DNA of 64,000 nt from a virus. Shown here piece after piece: positions 16,888 through 26,478 of the stretch. A program made the translations under genes and the position numbers. The DNA is taken from positions 16,993 to 80,992 of IMG/VR virus record IMGVR_UViG_3300003323_000790, one strand, 5' to 3'. Under the pieces are notes generated by a model. That model saw only the letters and a program-made list of their open reading frames with translations. It did not search any database and was not told where the DNA came from. Each line of letters starts with the position of its first letter. Position 1 is the stretch's first letter.

Positions 16888-19800
16888 AACGACAGCTGCT
16901 AGGCGTAGATGGAGCGTCCTTTCTCTGGCGCGGCCTGCGCAAGGGCAAGGACACCGAGAACGGCTACAACGTCCACCGCGACGGCAAGGACATCTGGATC
17001 AACAGCGCCATCTACGGCTTCGAGAACGCCCTGAACTACCTGCACACCGTGCTGAAAGAATTCAAAATCTCGCCGATCAATCTGATCCTGGTGACCGAGG
17101 GCAAGCAGAGCAAGTCGCGCCGCCAGCTGATCAGCCTCAAGTACAAGGCCTCGTCCGACAAGGCTGAGGAAGAGTACGTCGAGTTCCACAAGGCGCGCGA
17201 CCTGCTGGTGCGCTTCGTGCTGGACCTTGGCGGCCAGGTGCTGACGCAGCCGTTTGCTGAGGGCGACGACACCTTGGGCTGGCTGGCCGAAAACACGGAA
17301 GTCGATCTGGCGATCGCCACCTACGACAACGATATCTCGGTGCTCAACGGCGTCAACGAGTATGGCGCCAGCGTGCAGGTCTGGAATGATGGTGTCATCG
17401 GCGGCAACAAGTATGGCACCTTTCCGCACAAGCTGATCACGTTGTACAAGGGGTTGGTGGGCGACCCGAGCGATAAGATTCCCGGCGCCTACAAGTTTGG
17501 TGAGGCTGCCTTCCTGGAGGTGGCGAACGCCTACGGCATCGATGGTCTGTGGGAGCTGGACTCGATGTGCCGCGCGCAGGACCTGTCGCCCCTGGCCGCC
17601 CTGGCCGAAGATCCGAAAAACAAGAAGCTCAAGCTGATCTATGAGCAGGCACCCAACGTGATCGACTCGTACAACATGGCGCGCATCCGTCCGGACTGGG
17701 TCGACACGCTGGACGATCCGTTGGAGTGGCAGGCCGGCATGGTGCGCCCGCTGCGCGCCGACGACGACCCGCGCTTCAAGCACTGGTATGGCCGTCAGCG
17801 ACTGGTGACCGGCGACATTTTCGACCAGGTGGTCGAGTGGGCCAAGCCGCTGATCCTCAAGTCGCCTGAAGTGGCGCTGGATATCGAGACCTCGTCCTGC
17901 GACGAGTCCGATGACTGGCTGGCCGCGCAGTCGAAATCGGGCGACGCTGACGAAGGTGGCATCGACGTGCTGGCGCACCGCCTGACCGGCTTGTCCATCA
18001 CGTTCGGCGACAACAACCAGCAGAGCCTGTACTTCAGCGTTGACCACGCCCGCACGCGCAACTGCGACAGTGAGAAGCTGCGCCAATTCATCGCGTGGAT
18101 CACGGCGCAAGGCAAGGATCTGATCATCCACAACATGAACTTCGAGCTGGTGGTGCTGTTCCAGGAATGGGGTCAGCGCCAGCTGGACAACGACTTCCAC
18201 GGCTTCTTGCCGAACGTGCTGGACACGCAGCTCTCCTGCGCCTACGTCGACGAGAACAGCCCGCGCGGCCTGAAGTTCCGCAGCGAGACGGTGCTCAAGT
18301 ACCAACAGCAGACCTACAAGGAGACGACCGAGCTGTCGGGCTTTGAAGGCACGCTGCCACCGGGTGGGCGCGAGATCATGGTGACCGAGCCGACTTACCT
18401 GACCGAGCATGTCGGCACCGGAAAGTTCGAGCCGATCTTCGACGAAGTAACAGGCGAAATCATCGGCGCCGGGCCTGAGATCACCAAAGAGGTCTTCGTA
18501 CTGGACGAGGCCGGCGAGAAGATCGTCAAGACGCCGCCGGTGCACACGCGCCGCTACCGCATGAACGAGCTGACCGGCAAGCACGTCACGTCCTACGGCT
18601 GCGACGACACCATCTGCACGATGGCCCTGCACAACTACAACCGCCTGCGCTGCGAGCTGGAGCACCAGTGGCAGGTGTACAAGGACGTGGAGATCGCGGC
18701 CGGCTACCTGCACGCCAAGAACTTCCTGGACGGGATCAAGGTGTCCCTGGGAAAGCTGCGGGAGCTGTCGAAAGAGGATGACGCAATCCACGACAGCTCC
18801 TGGGCCACCTTGCGCCAGTATTTGATCGACAGCGGCTGGGACGGCACCAACCCTCCGGTGTACCGGGCGCCGCTGGAGCCGGCGGACATCAAGGAAGCGT
18901 ACCAGATCGTGACCGGCCGCAAGCTCATCACGCAGGTGCGCACGCCGTCGAAGTTCATTCCGCTGCTGGAAGACGACGGCTGCCCAGACCCGCGCTTCAT
19001 GAGCCACCTGAAGCTGGCAATCGAAGGCGGCGACGCCGAGGTGGCCGCCTTCACGCGCTACGTGCAGTCACACTTCAAAGGCGAGCCGAGCTTCAACAAC
19101 GGCTCGTTCGTGCAGAAACAGCGGCTGTTCTACGAAGTGATGGGCCTGCCGATTCGCGTGCGCAACGCGCCGACCGAAGAGATGCGTAAAAAGGGCATCC
19201 GCGACGGCGGCCCGAAGACCGACTCGCTGGCGATCGCCTACGGCTTGCAGGACTGCGCGCCGGAGCTTAAGCCAGTGCTGAAGGCGATCCTGCTGATGGG
19301 CATGGTGGAAACGCGGCGCAAGCTGTTCTACAAGCCGTACCCATACTTCGTGCACTGGAAGACCGGCAAGATTCACCCGTCACACCGCCAGTCGTCCACC
19401 AACACGCGGCGCGCGTCGGTGAGCAAGCCGAACTTCCAGCAGATGAGCAAGCACCCTAAGGTGCCCGGTTACGACCCTCGCATCCGCGAGGTCGTGGTGC
19501 CGCACCGCGCCGACGCTGTCGTGGTGTCGATCGACTTCAAGGCGCAGGAGCTGCGCATCATCGCCGAGTGGTCGCAGGACCCGGTCATGCTGTCGATGTA
19601 CATCGGCGACGACAAGAAGGACCAGCACCACTTGACCGCCCTTGCAATCGCGCAGAAGAAGCAGCCCGACTACGGCTGGAGTTACGAGAAGCTTGCGAAT
19701 GTCCTTGAACACAAGTCGCACGTCGACTATGCTTGGACTAAGGAAACTCGCAATCTTGCCAAAAAGCTAAATTTCACCGCTGAATATTTGGCAAGAGCAC

Positions 19801-20393
19801 CGAAAGTCGCAATAACCTTAATGATTACCAAGGAAGAGGCCCAAGAATATTTGGACGCTCGGGAGGGTCTTTATGTTGTTGCCTCGGCCTGGAAGACGCA
19901 GGTGATCAAGGAAGCCAAGATCACTGGCAAGGTTCGTTCGCTGCTGGGCTCGGTGCGCCACCTTGGCCCGGCCTTCACCTCGCCCGACAAGTTCCGCGTG
20001 GCTAAGGCCGAGCGCCAGGCCGTGAACTTCAAGGTTCAAGGCTCGGCCGGTGAGCAGACCAAGCTGGCCGAGGGTCGGATGTGGAAGGACAATCTGTTCT
20101 TCGACTTCGACGCCGTGTGTTACGGCCCGGTGCACGACGAGGTGGTTTCCTCGACGCGCATCCCGGACCTGTACGAGTTCATCCCTCGCATGCACGCCGC
20201 CATTGTGGCGAACTACGCCAACATGGGCGTGCCGATCGAGGGCTCGATCAGCTTTGGGTTGTCATTTGGCCATCAAATTGAAATAGGTGAGCAGCCGACC
20301 GTCGAAGCCATCAACCACGGCTTATCGTTCCTGTGGGACGAAGAGTTTTACCGCAAGAGTTCGTATGTGTACCCGAAGTTAGCTATAATGTGA
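16884..20393 (+). CDS. family A DNA polymerase with 5'-3' and 3'-5' exonuclease domains
   Basis: EGDD and LVGDPSDKIPG (5' nuclease); LDIET, HNMNFE, YGCDD (exo); DFKAQELR, R..AKK.NF, VHDE (pol motifs A-C). Confidence 0.95.
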   Translation: MKRQLLGVDGASFLWRGLRKGKDTENGYNVHRDGKDIWINSAIYGFENALNYLHTVLKEFKISPINLILVTEGKQSKSRRQLISLKYKASSDKAEEEYVEFHKARDLLVRFVLDLGGQVLTQPFAEGDDTLGWLAENTEVDLAIATYDNDISVLNGVNEYGASVQVWNDGVIGGNKYGTFPHKLITLYKGLVGDPSDKIPGAYKFGEAAFLEVANAYGIDGLWELDSMCRAQDLSPLAALAEDPKNKKLKLIYEQAPNVIDSYNMARIRPDWVDTLDDPLEWQAGMVRPLRADDDPRFKHWYGRQRLVTGDIFDQVVEWAKPLILKSPEVALDIETSSCDESDDWLAAQSKSGDADEGGIDVLAHRLTGLSITFGDNNQQSLYFSVDHARTRNCDSEKLRQFIAWITAQGKDLIIHNMNFELVVLFQEWGQRQLDNDFHGFLPNVLDTQLSCAYVDENSPRGLKFRSETVLKYQQQTYKETTELSGFEGTLPPGGREIMVTEPTYLTEHVGTGKFEPIFDEVTGEIIGAGPEITKEVFVLDEAGEKIVKTPPVHTRRYRMNELTGKHVTSYGCDDTICTMALHNYNRLRCELEHQWQVYKDVEIAAGYLHAKNFLDGIKVSLGKLRELSKEDDAIHDSSWATLRQYLIDSGWDGTNPPVYRAPLEPADIKEAYQIVTGRKLITQVRTPSKFIPLLEDDGCPDPRFMSHLKLAIEGGDAEVAAFTRYVQSHFKGEPSFNNGSFVQKQRLFYEVMGLPIRVRNAPTEEMRKKGIRDGGPKTDSLAIAYGLQDCAPELKPVLKAILLMGMVETRRKLFYKPYPYFVHWKTGKIHPSHRQSSTNTRRASVSKPNFQQMSKHPKVPGYDPRIREVVVPHRADAVVVSIDFKAQELRIIAEWSQDPVMLSMYIGDDKKDQHHLTALAIAQKKQPDYGWSYEKLANVLEHKSHVDYAWTKETRNLAKKLNFTAEYLARAPKVAITLMITKEEAQEYLDAREGLYVVASAWKTQVIKEAKITGKVRSLLGSVRHLGPAFTSPDKFRVAKAERQAVNFKVQGSAGEQTKLAEGRMWKDNLFFDFDAVCYGPVHDEVVSSTRIPDLYEFIPRMHAAIVANYANMGVPIEGSISFGLSFGHQIEIGEQPTVEAINHGLSFLWDEEFYRKSSYVYPKLAIM

Positions 20394-20415
20394 GGTAACT
20401 ACCTTCGGAGGCTTT

Positions 20416-21096
20416 ATGCGTAATTTAGAAATCCCGGTCGGGGCGGTATTCGGGAGATTGACGGTAATCGGCCCTGCGATCTCCACTGCACATCACAGGC
20501 GCATACCAGTAGTGTGCGCCTGTGGCGAATTGCTGGCGCCAGCAGCGACAGGGCTCAGAAGAGGCAACAATCGGTCGTGCGGATGCTTGAAGTTAGAGAA
20601 ATCCATAGCCAGAATTTTGCTGGCCAGGAAGCCTAAAAAGTACCCTGCAGGCTCTGAAAGGAGTGTCGGAGTGTGGAAGCAAATGCTGGACAGGTGCAGC
20701 AACCCGCAGAATAAATTTTGGCACCGCTATGGAGGTCGCGGCATTGCAGTAAGCGAAAGTTGGCTGAACTTTGACAGCTTCTACGCGGACATGGGGACAG
20801 CACCAAAAGGCTATCATCTCGACCGAATTGACAACGACGGCCCGTACTGCAAAGAGAACTGTAAGTGGGTGACCGTAGCTGACTCCCTCAAAAACCGGAG
20901 CCTCACACTCTGGGTAACCTACCAAGGAGAAAAGCTTTCTTTGAAAGAGCTGTCAGTGCGACTGGGTATTCCTTATGACCCGATCTACCGACGATACGCG
21001 AGTATGCGAGGCAATATAGACATGGAAAAATTAACAAAGCCACTGGCGAAAAGGAGAAAGAAAGATGCCCAAGTTGCAACTGACAAGTGCGATTAA
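20416..21096 (+). CDS. free-standing HNH-type homing endonuclease
   Basis: FGRLTV, CACG, SCGC, W..M..RC, YGGRGI.V, LDRIDNDGPYCKENCKW. Confidence 0.85.
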   Translation: MRNLEIPVGAVFGRLTVIGPAISTAHHRRIPVVCACGELLAPAATGLRRGNNRSCGCLKLEKSIARILLARKPKKYPAGSERSVGVWKQMLDRCSNPQNKFWHRYGGRGIAVSESWLNFDSFYADMGTAPKGYHLDRIDNDGPYCKENCKWVTVADSLKNRSLTLWVTYQGEKLSLKELSVRLGIPYDPIYRRYASMRGNIDMEKLTKPLAKRRKKDAQVATDKCD

Positions 21097-22114
21097 AGAC
21101 TCGTGGAGCCCTGAAAAGCTCGAATTCCCCTGCATGTCGTTCAGGAAAATCGATGGCGTGCGCGCCGGCCACCTGCACGGCTTCCTGCACGGCCGCAGCC
21201 TTGACCCCTTCAAGAACACGGCGCTGAACGCCAAATTCGCCGACAAGATCTACACCGGCTTCGACGGCGAGCTGACCATCGGCGGCGCGCTGACCGACAA
21301 GGCGCTGAAGGCGATGATCGCCGGCGGCCGCATCGTCACCGACGAGCCTGACAGTTCCTTGTGCAGCTTGACCACCGGCTTGACCAATCGCTCGAAGTTG
21401 AAGCCCGGCGAGCTGGCGCTGCCGGACAACGCCGTGTGGAACCTGTTCGACTACTTGCACGACGACGTGATCGATCTCGAATACCTGCAGCGCTACGAAG
21501 CGCTGGAGCGCTACCTCGACAAGCATGCGCCGCCGCACGTGCGTCTGCTGCCGTTCAAGTGGATTCGCACACCAGAAGAAGCAGCGGCCTGGGTCGAAGA
21601 GTGCCTTGAGCTGACGTTCGAAGGCGCCATCTTCCGCAATCCTCGGGCAAAGCACAAGTCGGGCCGCGCCACGGCGAAGCTGGGTGACTTCTGGCGCTAC
21701 AAGCCCAAGTCGGACAAGGACGGCGTGATCGTCGGCTACGAGGCGGCCTTGGCCAACAACAACGAAGCCACCATCAACAGCCGCGGCCATACCGAGCGCT
21801 CGTCGCACAAGGAGAACAAGGTGGCCAAGGACGAGATCGGAAAATTTTCAGTGTACGACCTGGAGTCTGACCGGGTCATCCTTGTCGGGCCGGGCACCAT
21901 GTCGCTCCAGGATCGTCGAAATTACTGGGCAGATCCGGCAGCATTACTGGGGCACCCGATGAAATATAACAGCCTGGATACGGGAGTCAAAGATAAGCCG
22001 CGGCAGGCGTTTTTCCATAGTCTGCGTAGCTGGGAAGACATGGATAAGCTGTCTGAGTATCAGAAAACCCGAGTAGCTGAGATGATAAAGGCATTTATTG
22101 ACTCCAGCGTCTGA
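21065..22114 (+). CDS. ATP-dependent DNA ligase
   Basis: KIDGVR, FDGEL, LFD, FEGAIFR motifs. Confidence 0.9.
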   Translation: MPKLQLTSAIKDSWSPEKLEFPCMSFRKIDGVRAGHLHGFLHGRSLDPFKNTALNAKFADKIYTGFDGELTIGGALTDKALKAMIAGGRIVTDEPDSSLCSLTTGLTNRSKLKPGELALPDNAVWNLFDYLHDDVIDLEYLQRYEALERYLDKHAPPHVRLLPFKWIRTPEEAAAWVEECLELTFEGAIFRNPRAKHKSGRATAKLGDFWRYKPKSDKDGVIVGYEAALANNNEATINSRGHTERSSHKENKVAKDEIGKFSVYDLESDRVILVGPGTMSLQDRRNYWADPAALLGHPMKYNSLDTGVKDKPRQAFFHSLRSWEDMDKLSEYQKTRVAEMIKAFIDSSV

Positions 22115-22126
22115 TTACACTAGAGT
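22098..22126 (+). promoter_or_regulatory. sigma70-like promoter for the HNH gene; -10 lies inside a short inverted repeat
   Basis: TTGACT-17-TAGAGT; ATTACAC-TAGA-GTGTAAT palindrome. Confidence 0.55.
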
Positions 22127-22148
22127 GTAATTTTCATTGGAGGGACAT

Positions 22149-22814
22149 ATGCCGACAAAGCTAAACTTGCTGGGTCAGCGATTCGGTCGTTTGGTAGTCC
22201 TGCGCCAGACTGCGGATCGAGGTAAAGGTACTGTGTGGGAGTGCCAGTGCGATTGCGGCCTGACGCTGACCGTTAAGGCTGGCCCTCTGCGCACCGGGCA
22301 CACGAAATCTTGCGGTTGTTTGGTTCGAGAAAGGGTCCGTACGCTGCACACATTTCATAAAAACGTGGTAATCCACGGCGGCGCGCGGAAGGGAAATGAT
22401 GGTAGCTATAGGATCTGGCGGCTGATGTTTTTACGCTGCGAAAATCCTGATAACATCTCCTACCCCCTGTATGGTGCCCGAGGCATCTCTGTCTGTGAGC
22501 GGTGGAGGAGTTTTCCCGCGTTTAGGGAGGACATGGGGCCACGACCTCCAGGGCTTACCCTGGAGCGTGTGGACAATGAAGGCGACTACACACCTGAAAA
22601 TTGTGTGTGGGCCACGCTGTCACAGCAAGCTAGGAATAAGCGCAATACTGTGCTTATGACTTATTTGGGGCGCACGCAAAGTTTGCGAGACTGGGCGGAT
22701 GAGTTGGAGGTTTCGTTTAATAGCCTTTACTACAATTTCCGGAAACGGGGGGCTTCCCCAGAAGCAGCGGTGGCGAAGGCCGTAGCGTACGCCGAAACGA
22801 GAGCTACGAAATGA
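22149..22814 (+). CDS. free-standing HNH-type homing endonuclease
   Basis: FGRLVV, W.C.CDCG, KSCGC, YGARGI.VC, LERVDN.GDY.PENC.W. Confidence 0.85.
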   Translation: MPTKLNLLGQRFGRLVVLRQTADRGKGTVWECQCDCGLTLTVKAGPLRTGHTKSCGCLVRERVRTLHTFHKNVVIHGGARKGNDGSYRIWRLMFLRCENPDNISYPLYGARGISVCERWRSFPAFREDMGPRPPGLTLERVDNEGDYTPENCVWATLSQQARNKRNTVLMTYLGRTQSLRDWADELEVSFNSLYYNFRKRGASPEAAVAKAVAYAETRATK

Positions 22815-23026
22815 ATGATGCACTGAAGAGAACGCCTGAAGAGATCTGCCGCAGCAAGAAGGTGTACCGATCGAAGTCTGTCGCGCGCGAGTTTGGGCGC
22901 GCAGCGCTGCAGTACCGGGATACGCCGCTCTGGGTGTACCAATGTGCCGTCTGTAATCGGTGGCACCTAACCTCACAGCCGCAGCCTGCACCCAGCTCGG
23001 CTGTGACCTACGAAAGGAAGAAGTGA
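22811..23026 (+). CDS. small zinc-binding hypothetical protein
   Basis: C..KK.Y...YQC.VC..WHLT. Confidence 0.7.
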   Translation: MNDALKRTPEEICRSKKVYRSKSVAREFGRAALQYRDTPLWVYQCAVCNRWHLTSQPQPAPSSAVTYERKK

Positions 23027-23253
23027 TGCACATCGAAAAGCCCATACCCGAGCCGGAAGTGGTCGTCCTGACGGTGTCGGAAATTCAGGAAGCCGTGCGC
23101 GACTTGGTCCGGATACAAACCGGCCGAGAGATCGCTTATATGGCGGCCTGCGATATCCAGCCCTACCAAACAATCGGTGTTCGGCAGGTCAACTACACCG
23201 GCGCCGTGCGCTTTGCACTCAAACCTAAAGCTGAAGGAGCAGTAAATGAATGA
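23026..23253 (+). CDS. hypothetical protein
   Basis: AAGGA SD; coupled to neighbours. Confidence 0.55.
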   Translation: MHIEKPIPEPEVVVLTVSEIQEAVRDLVRIQTGREIAYMAACDIQPYQTIGVRQVNYTGAVRFALKPKAEGAVNE

Positions 23254-23929
23254 CCCTATCAAAGTTCTCGATCACGGCCACGTCCGCCTCGTCGAAAGCA
23301 TGGGCAGCGACCTGTCCATCGTGCGCAATGCTCGCGTGTCGTATGACGCCGACTGGCGCACCGGGGAAGACGAGGGCAAGGATGCCAAGCTGCTCGAATA
23401 CTTGGTGAAGAACCGCCACACCTCACCGTTCGAATCGTGCGTCTTCACTTTCGACGTCAAGGCGCCGATCTTCGTATTCCGCCAGTGGCATCGCCACCGC
23501 ACCTGGAGCTTCAACGAGATCAGCGCGCGCTACGCCGAGCTGCCGGAAGAATACTACGTGCCAGCGGTCGACAAGATCACGACGCAGTCGACGTCGAATA
23601 AGCAGATGCGCACCGACGAGCAGCTGGAAGATGCAGTCCGCGTGGCGGAGATGATTGACCGCGTCAATCACGAAGCCTTCCGAACCTACAAATACATGCT
23701 GGACATCGGCGCGCCACGCGAGCTGGCCCGCAGCGTGCTGCCAGTTGGCACCTACAGTCACATGTTCGCCACGGTTGACTTGCACAACCTGATGCACTTC
23801 CTGAAGCTGCGCCTGCACTCGCACTCCCAGTACGAAATCCGCGTCTACGCTGAAGCGATGCTGCAGCTGATCGAGCCGATCGTCCCGGTGTCGGTGGCAG
23901 CCTTCCGGCGCCACGTGCTGGAGGCGTGA
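23246..23929 (+). CDS. thyX: flavin-dependent thymidylate synthase
   Basis: H.SPFE, RQWHRHRTWSFNEISARY, ARSVLP, SQYEIR. Confidence 0.97.
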   Translation: MNDPIKVLDHGHVRLVESMGSDLSIVRNARVSYDADWRTGEDEGKDAKLLEYLVKNRHTSPFESCVFTFDVKAPIFVFRQWHRHRTWSFNEISARYAELPEEYYVPAVDKITTQSTSNKQMRTDEQLEDAVRVAEMIDRVNHEAFRTYKYMLDIGAPRELARSVLPVGTYSHMFATVDLHNLMHFLKLRLHSHSQYEIRVYAEAMLQLIEPIVPVSVAAFRRHVLEA

Positions 23930-24283
23930 ATGCCCAAGGTCTGTCCTGAAGCCACGGCCGGCGGCCGGTGCCGTCACCCTAAGTCCGACCGCACGCTGTG
24001 CGTGCTGTTGGACTCGCGCGCGGTCGACTGTAAGTTGCGGCGCGCGATGGAGCGCGTCGAGCCCCTCGTCTACGCGCCGCGTGCGCCGAAGGTGCATGCC
24101 ACCGTCGGCCTGAAGGGGCGGCCTGAATTCGTCGGGCCACCAAAGCCTGTGCAGGCATTGCGCAACGAGCGCCGGCGACTTGAGCGCGCGGCGCGGAAGG
24201 CACAGGCAGAATCTGCTCAGCCGGCGGCGCCGCAGAGTCTGGCCACACCATTCGACGTACTTTTGAAAGGAACAAAATCATGA
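23930..24283 (+). CDS. hypothetical protein
   Basis: GGAGG SD. Confidence 0.55.
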   Translation: MPKVCPEATAGGRCRHPKSDRTLCVLLDSRAVDCKLRRAMERVEPLVYAPRAPKVHATVGLKGRPEFVGPPKPVQALRNERRRLERAARKAQAESAQPAAPQSLATPFDVLLKGTKS

Positions 24284-24786
24284 GCGGAGCAGCTAACAGA
24301 GGTCGCTATGCTGAAAATAAGGTGCGCGAACACCTCAAAGCCATCGAAGCGCGATGGTCCAATTTCACCTTCAATCGCAACCAAGATGCACATGCCGCCC
24401 GCGGCGCTTTCGTGGCAGTGCCAGGAGACTTCCAGGCGTTCAAGGGGTGGTCCGACGATGCTGGACAGCCGAGGCATGAATCGTATATATTAGAGGTGAA
24501 GGAAGTTGCTCATGCCTCACGGCTGCCGTATAAAAATTACAGCGCGGACAAAGTTGCACGAATTCGTGTCCGTGAATTGTGTAATTGCCGGTGTCTGGTG
24601 CTGGTCTGCCACCGAGCTGGTGGGAAAATATTTTGGCGTGCGGTACCTCAAAATTTCTTCTACACCCGCAACGAACAAACCCCTTCAGGAAGCTGGGACC
24701 TCAGCGAATTTCCTATAGTTGATTTTCGAGTGGCAATAAATAATCTAGTCGGGCTGGAGCTGGACAATGGTGAGAAGAAACTTTAA
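24280..24786 (+). CDS. RecU-like Holliday junction resolvase (PD-(D/E)XK)
   Basis: NRG..AE...PGDF...ILEVKE. Confidence 0.7.
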   Translation: MSGAANRGRYAENKVREHLKAIEARWSNFTFNRNQDAHAARGAFVAVPGDFQAFKGWSDDAGQPRHESYILEVKEVAHASRLPYKNYSADKVARIRVRELCNCRCLVLVCHRAGGKIFWRAVPQNFFYTRNEQTPSGSWDLSEFPIVDFRVAINNLVGLELDNGEKKL

Positions 24787-25444
24787 AGATCCATCAGAAT
24801 ACATAGGTCAGGCGTTCCACCGTCTGATCATAATTGGTCACGGCAAAAAAGACCGCCGAGGGCAGCAGCTATGGGCCTGCCGATGCGCCTGCGGGAAAGA
24901 GCTGGACGTGCCTTACCACCGCCTTCGGTAGGGGCAAACAAAATCTTGCGGATGTTTCCAGAGGGACGAGGCTCGACGCCGGGCCAAAGAAAGCGCGGAG
25001 CATGGGCTCTGTGTCAACTCTACCTCGGAGGTGAAGCGCACCTGGCTGACGTGGTCAGCGATGTTACAACGCTGCAACGATCCGAAGAATTCGGCGTGGC
25101 CAGACTATGGCGGCCGAGGCATCACCGTATGTGAGAAGTGGCACAAATTCTCAGGCTTCTTGGAAGACATGGGTTTTCGTCCGGAAAAGTTGACGCTGGA
25201 TAGGTTAGACAACAGCCAAGGGTATTGTCTATCAAACTGCGCCTGGGTGCCTCGGCCATATCAGAGTATCAACACGCGCAAGACCATCCGCCTAGAGTAT
25301 TCCGAGCAGGAGTGGTGCTTAAAAAGACTTTCACAATTTCTGCAGGTGCCGTACATGAAAGCTTACCACGCGTATCGAAAGGGCAATCTAGACGCTGTGT
25401 TTGGATTGCCTCCCGGCAGCATTACCATAAAGGAAAAGAAATGA
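24767..25444 (+). pseudogene. HNH-type homing endonuclease interrupted by an in-frame TAG
   Basis: MVRRNFK...FHRL...W.C.CACG...RLR*GQTKSCGC...YGGRGI.VC...LDRLDNSQGYC.SNC.W; TAG at 24929-24931. Confidence 0.85.
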
Positions 25445-26478
25445 CCCTAGCTATTTTTAACGATGTGCACGCAGGGGCCAATCGCACCGGCGGCACCACG
25501 CCACAAACCGCATGGCAGATCCGCCAGGATCTGCTGCAGCAATTCGAAGAAGCCCTGTACCAGGTCGACGGCGACTTGATGATCCTGGGTGATCTGTTCG
25601 ACGGCCCGGACATTCCGAAGCCGGACTTCCTGCGCACCTTCCTCGTACTGCAGGACTGGCTCAATCGTACCTCTGGGCAACTTTACTTACTCCCAGGCAA
25701 CCATGACCTCTCCAAGTCCAGCACCACGATGTCGGCCTTCCAGCTGCTCGGCGCGCTGCTGGGCGCTGCCGGCGGCGAGCGGGTGAAGTACATGGCCGAG
25801 CCGGGCGCCACGCCGTACGGCTATGTGATTCCCCACTTGGCCAACCAAGACCTCTTCAACGCCGCGCTGGCCCAAGTCCCGAAGAGCCCGCTGCTCTTCG
25901 TGCACTGCAACTACGACAACAAGTTCGCCGTCGAGAGCGACCACAGCTTGAACCTGAGCCGCGAGCAGGCAGAAAAGCTGCCGGTCGAGCACATCGTCTT
26001 CGCCCACGAGCACATCGGCCGCGAAGAGCTGGGCGACAAGGTGGTGATCATCGGTAACAATTGGCCTAGCAGCGTGAGCGACTGCCTGGGCAACGCCACC
26101 AAGCGCCGTCTGGTGGTCGACATCGACGCCGCCGGCGAGCCTCAGCTCTCCTTCGTCGAGACCTGGCGCGCCGAGGGCGACTACAGCGAGCAGGACTGGC
26201 GCGAGCTGGAAGACAAGGGTCGCTTCATTCGCGCGGTTGGCAGCGCCACGGCGGCCGAAGCCGACCTGCTGGTGAAGACCTTGAGCCGCTTCCGGCGCGA
26301 CGCCAAAGCGTTGGTGATCACCAACGCCGTGAAGCTGGAGGGCGTGGCCGACGCCGCGCAGCTGCAGCTCTCGCACGAAGAGGTCACCAACTTCAACGTG
26401 CGCGAGGCGCTGCGTGAGCTGCTGGAGCCGGCCGAGAACGAAAAAATTGACCGCTTACTGGAGAAACACTCATGCTGA
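25441..26478 (+). CDS. Mre11/SbcD-like nuclease
   Basis: NDVH, GDLFD, GNHD, AHEH metallophosphoesterase motifs. Confidence 0.9.
   Translation: MTLAIFNDVHAGANRTGGTTPQTAWQIRQDLLQQFEEALYQVDGDLMILGDLFDGPDIPKPDFLRTFLVLQDWLNRTSGQLYLLPGNHDLSKSSTTMSAFQLLGALLGAAGGERVKYMAEPGATPYGYVIPHLANQDLFNAALAQVPKSPLLFVHCNYDNKFAVESDHSLNLSREQAEKLPVEHIVFAHEHIGREELGDKVVIIGNNWPSSVSDCLGNATKRRLVVDIDAAGEPQLSFVETWRAEGDYSEQDWRELEDKGRFIRAVGSATAAEADLLVKTLSRFRRDAKALVITNAVKLEGVADAAQLQLSHEEVTNFNVREALRELLEPAENEKIDRLLEKHSC
26457..26478 (+). repeat. 22-bp direct repeat, copy 1
   Basis: ACTGGAGAAACACTCATGCTGA, identical to 27176-27197. Confidence 0.95.

Noticed and set aside
16899-19007. 702-aa antisense ORF opposite the polymerase (similarly 11327-12739, 50234-51292, 35533-36615)
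   Set aside because: Shadow ORFs caused by strong GC3 codon bias of the real gene; no motifs or RBS
24929-24931. Possible TAG stop-codon reassignment (alternative genetic code)
   Set aside because: TAG terminates normal genes elsewhere (e.g. J-domain gene, helicase); single case in a selfish gene; no suppressor tRNA seen
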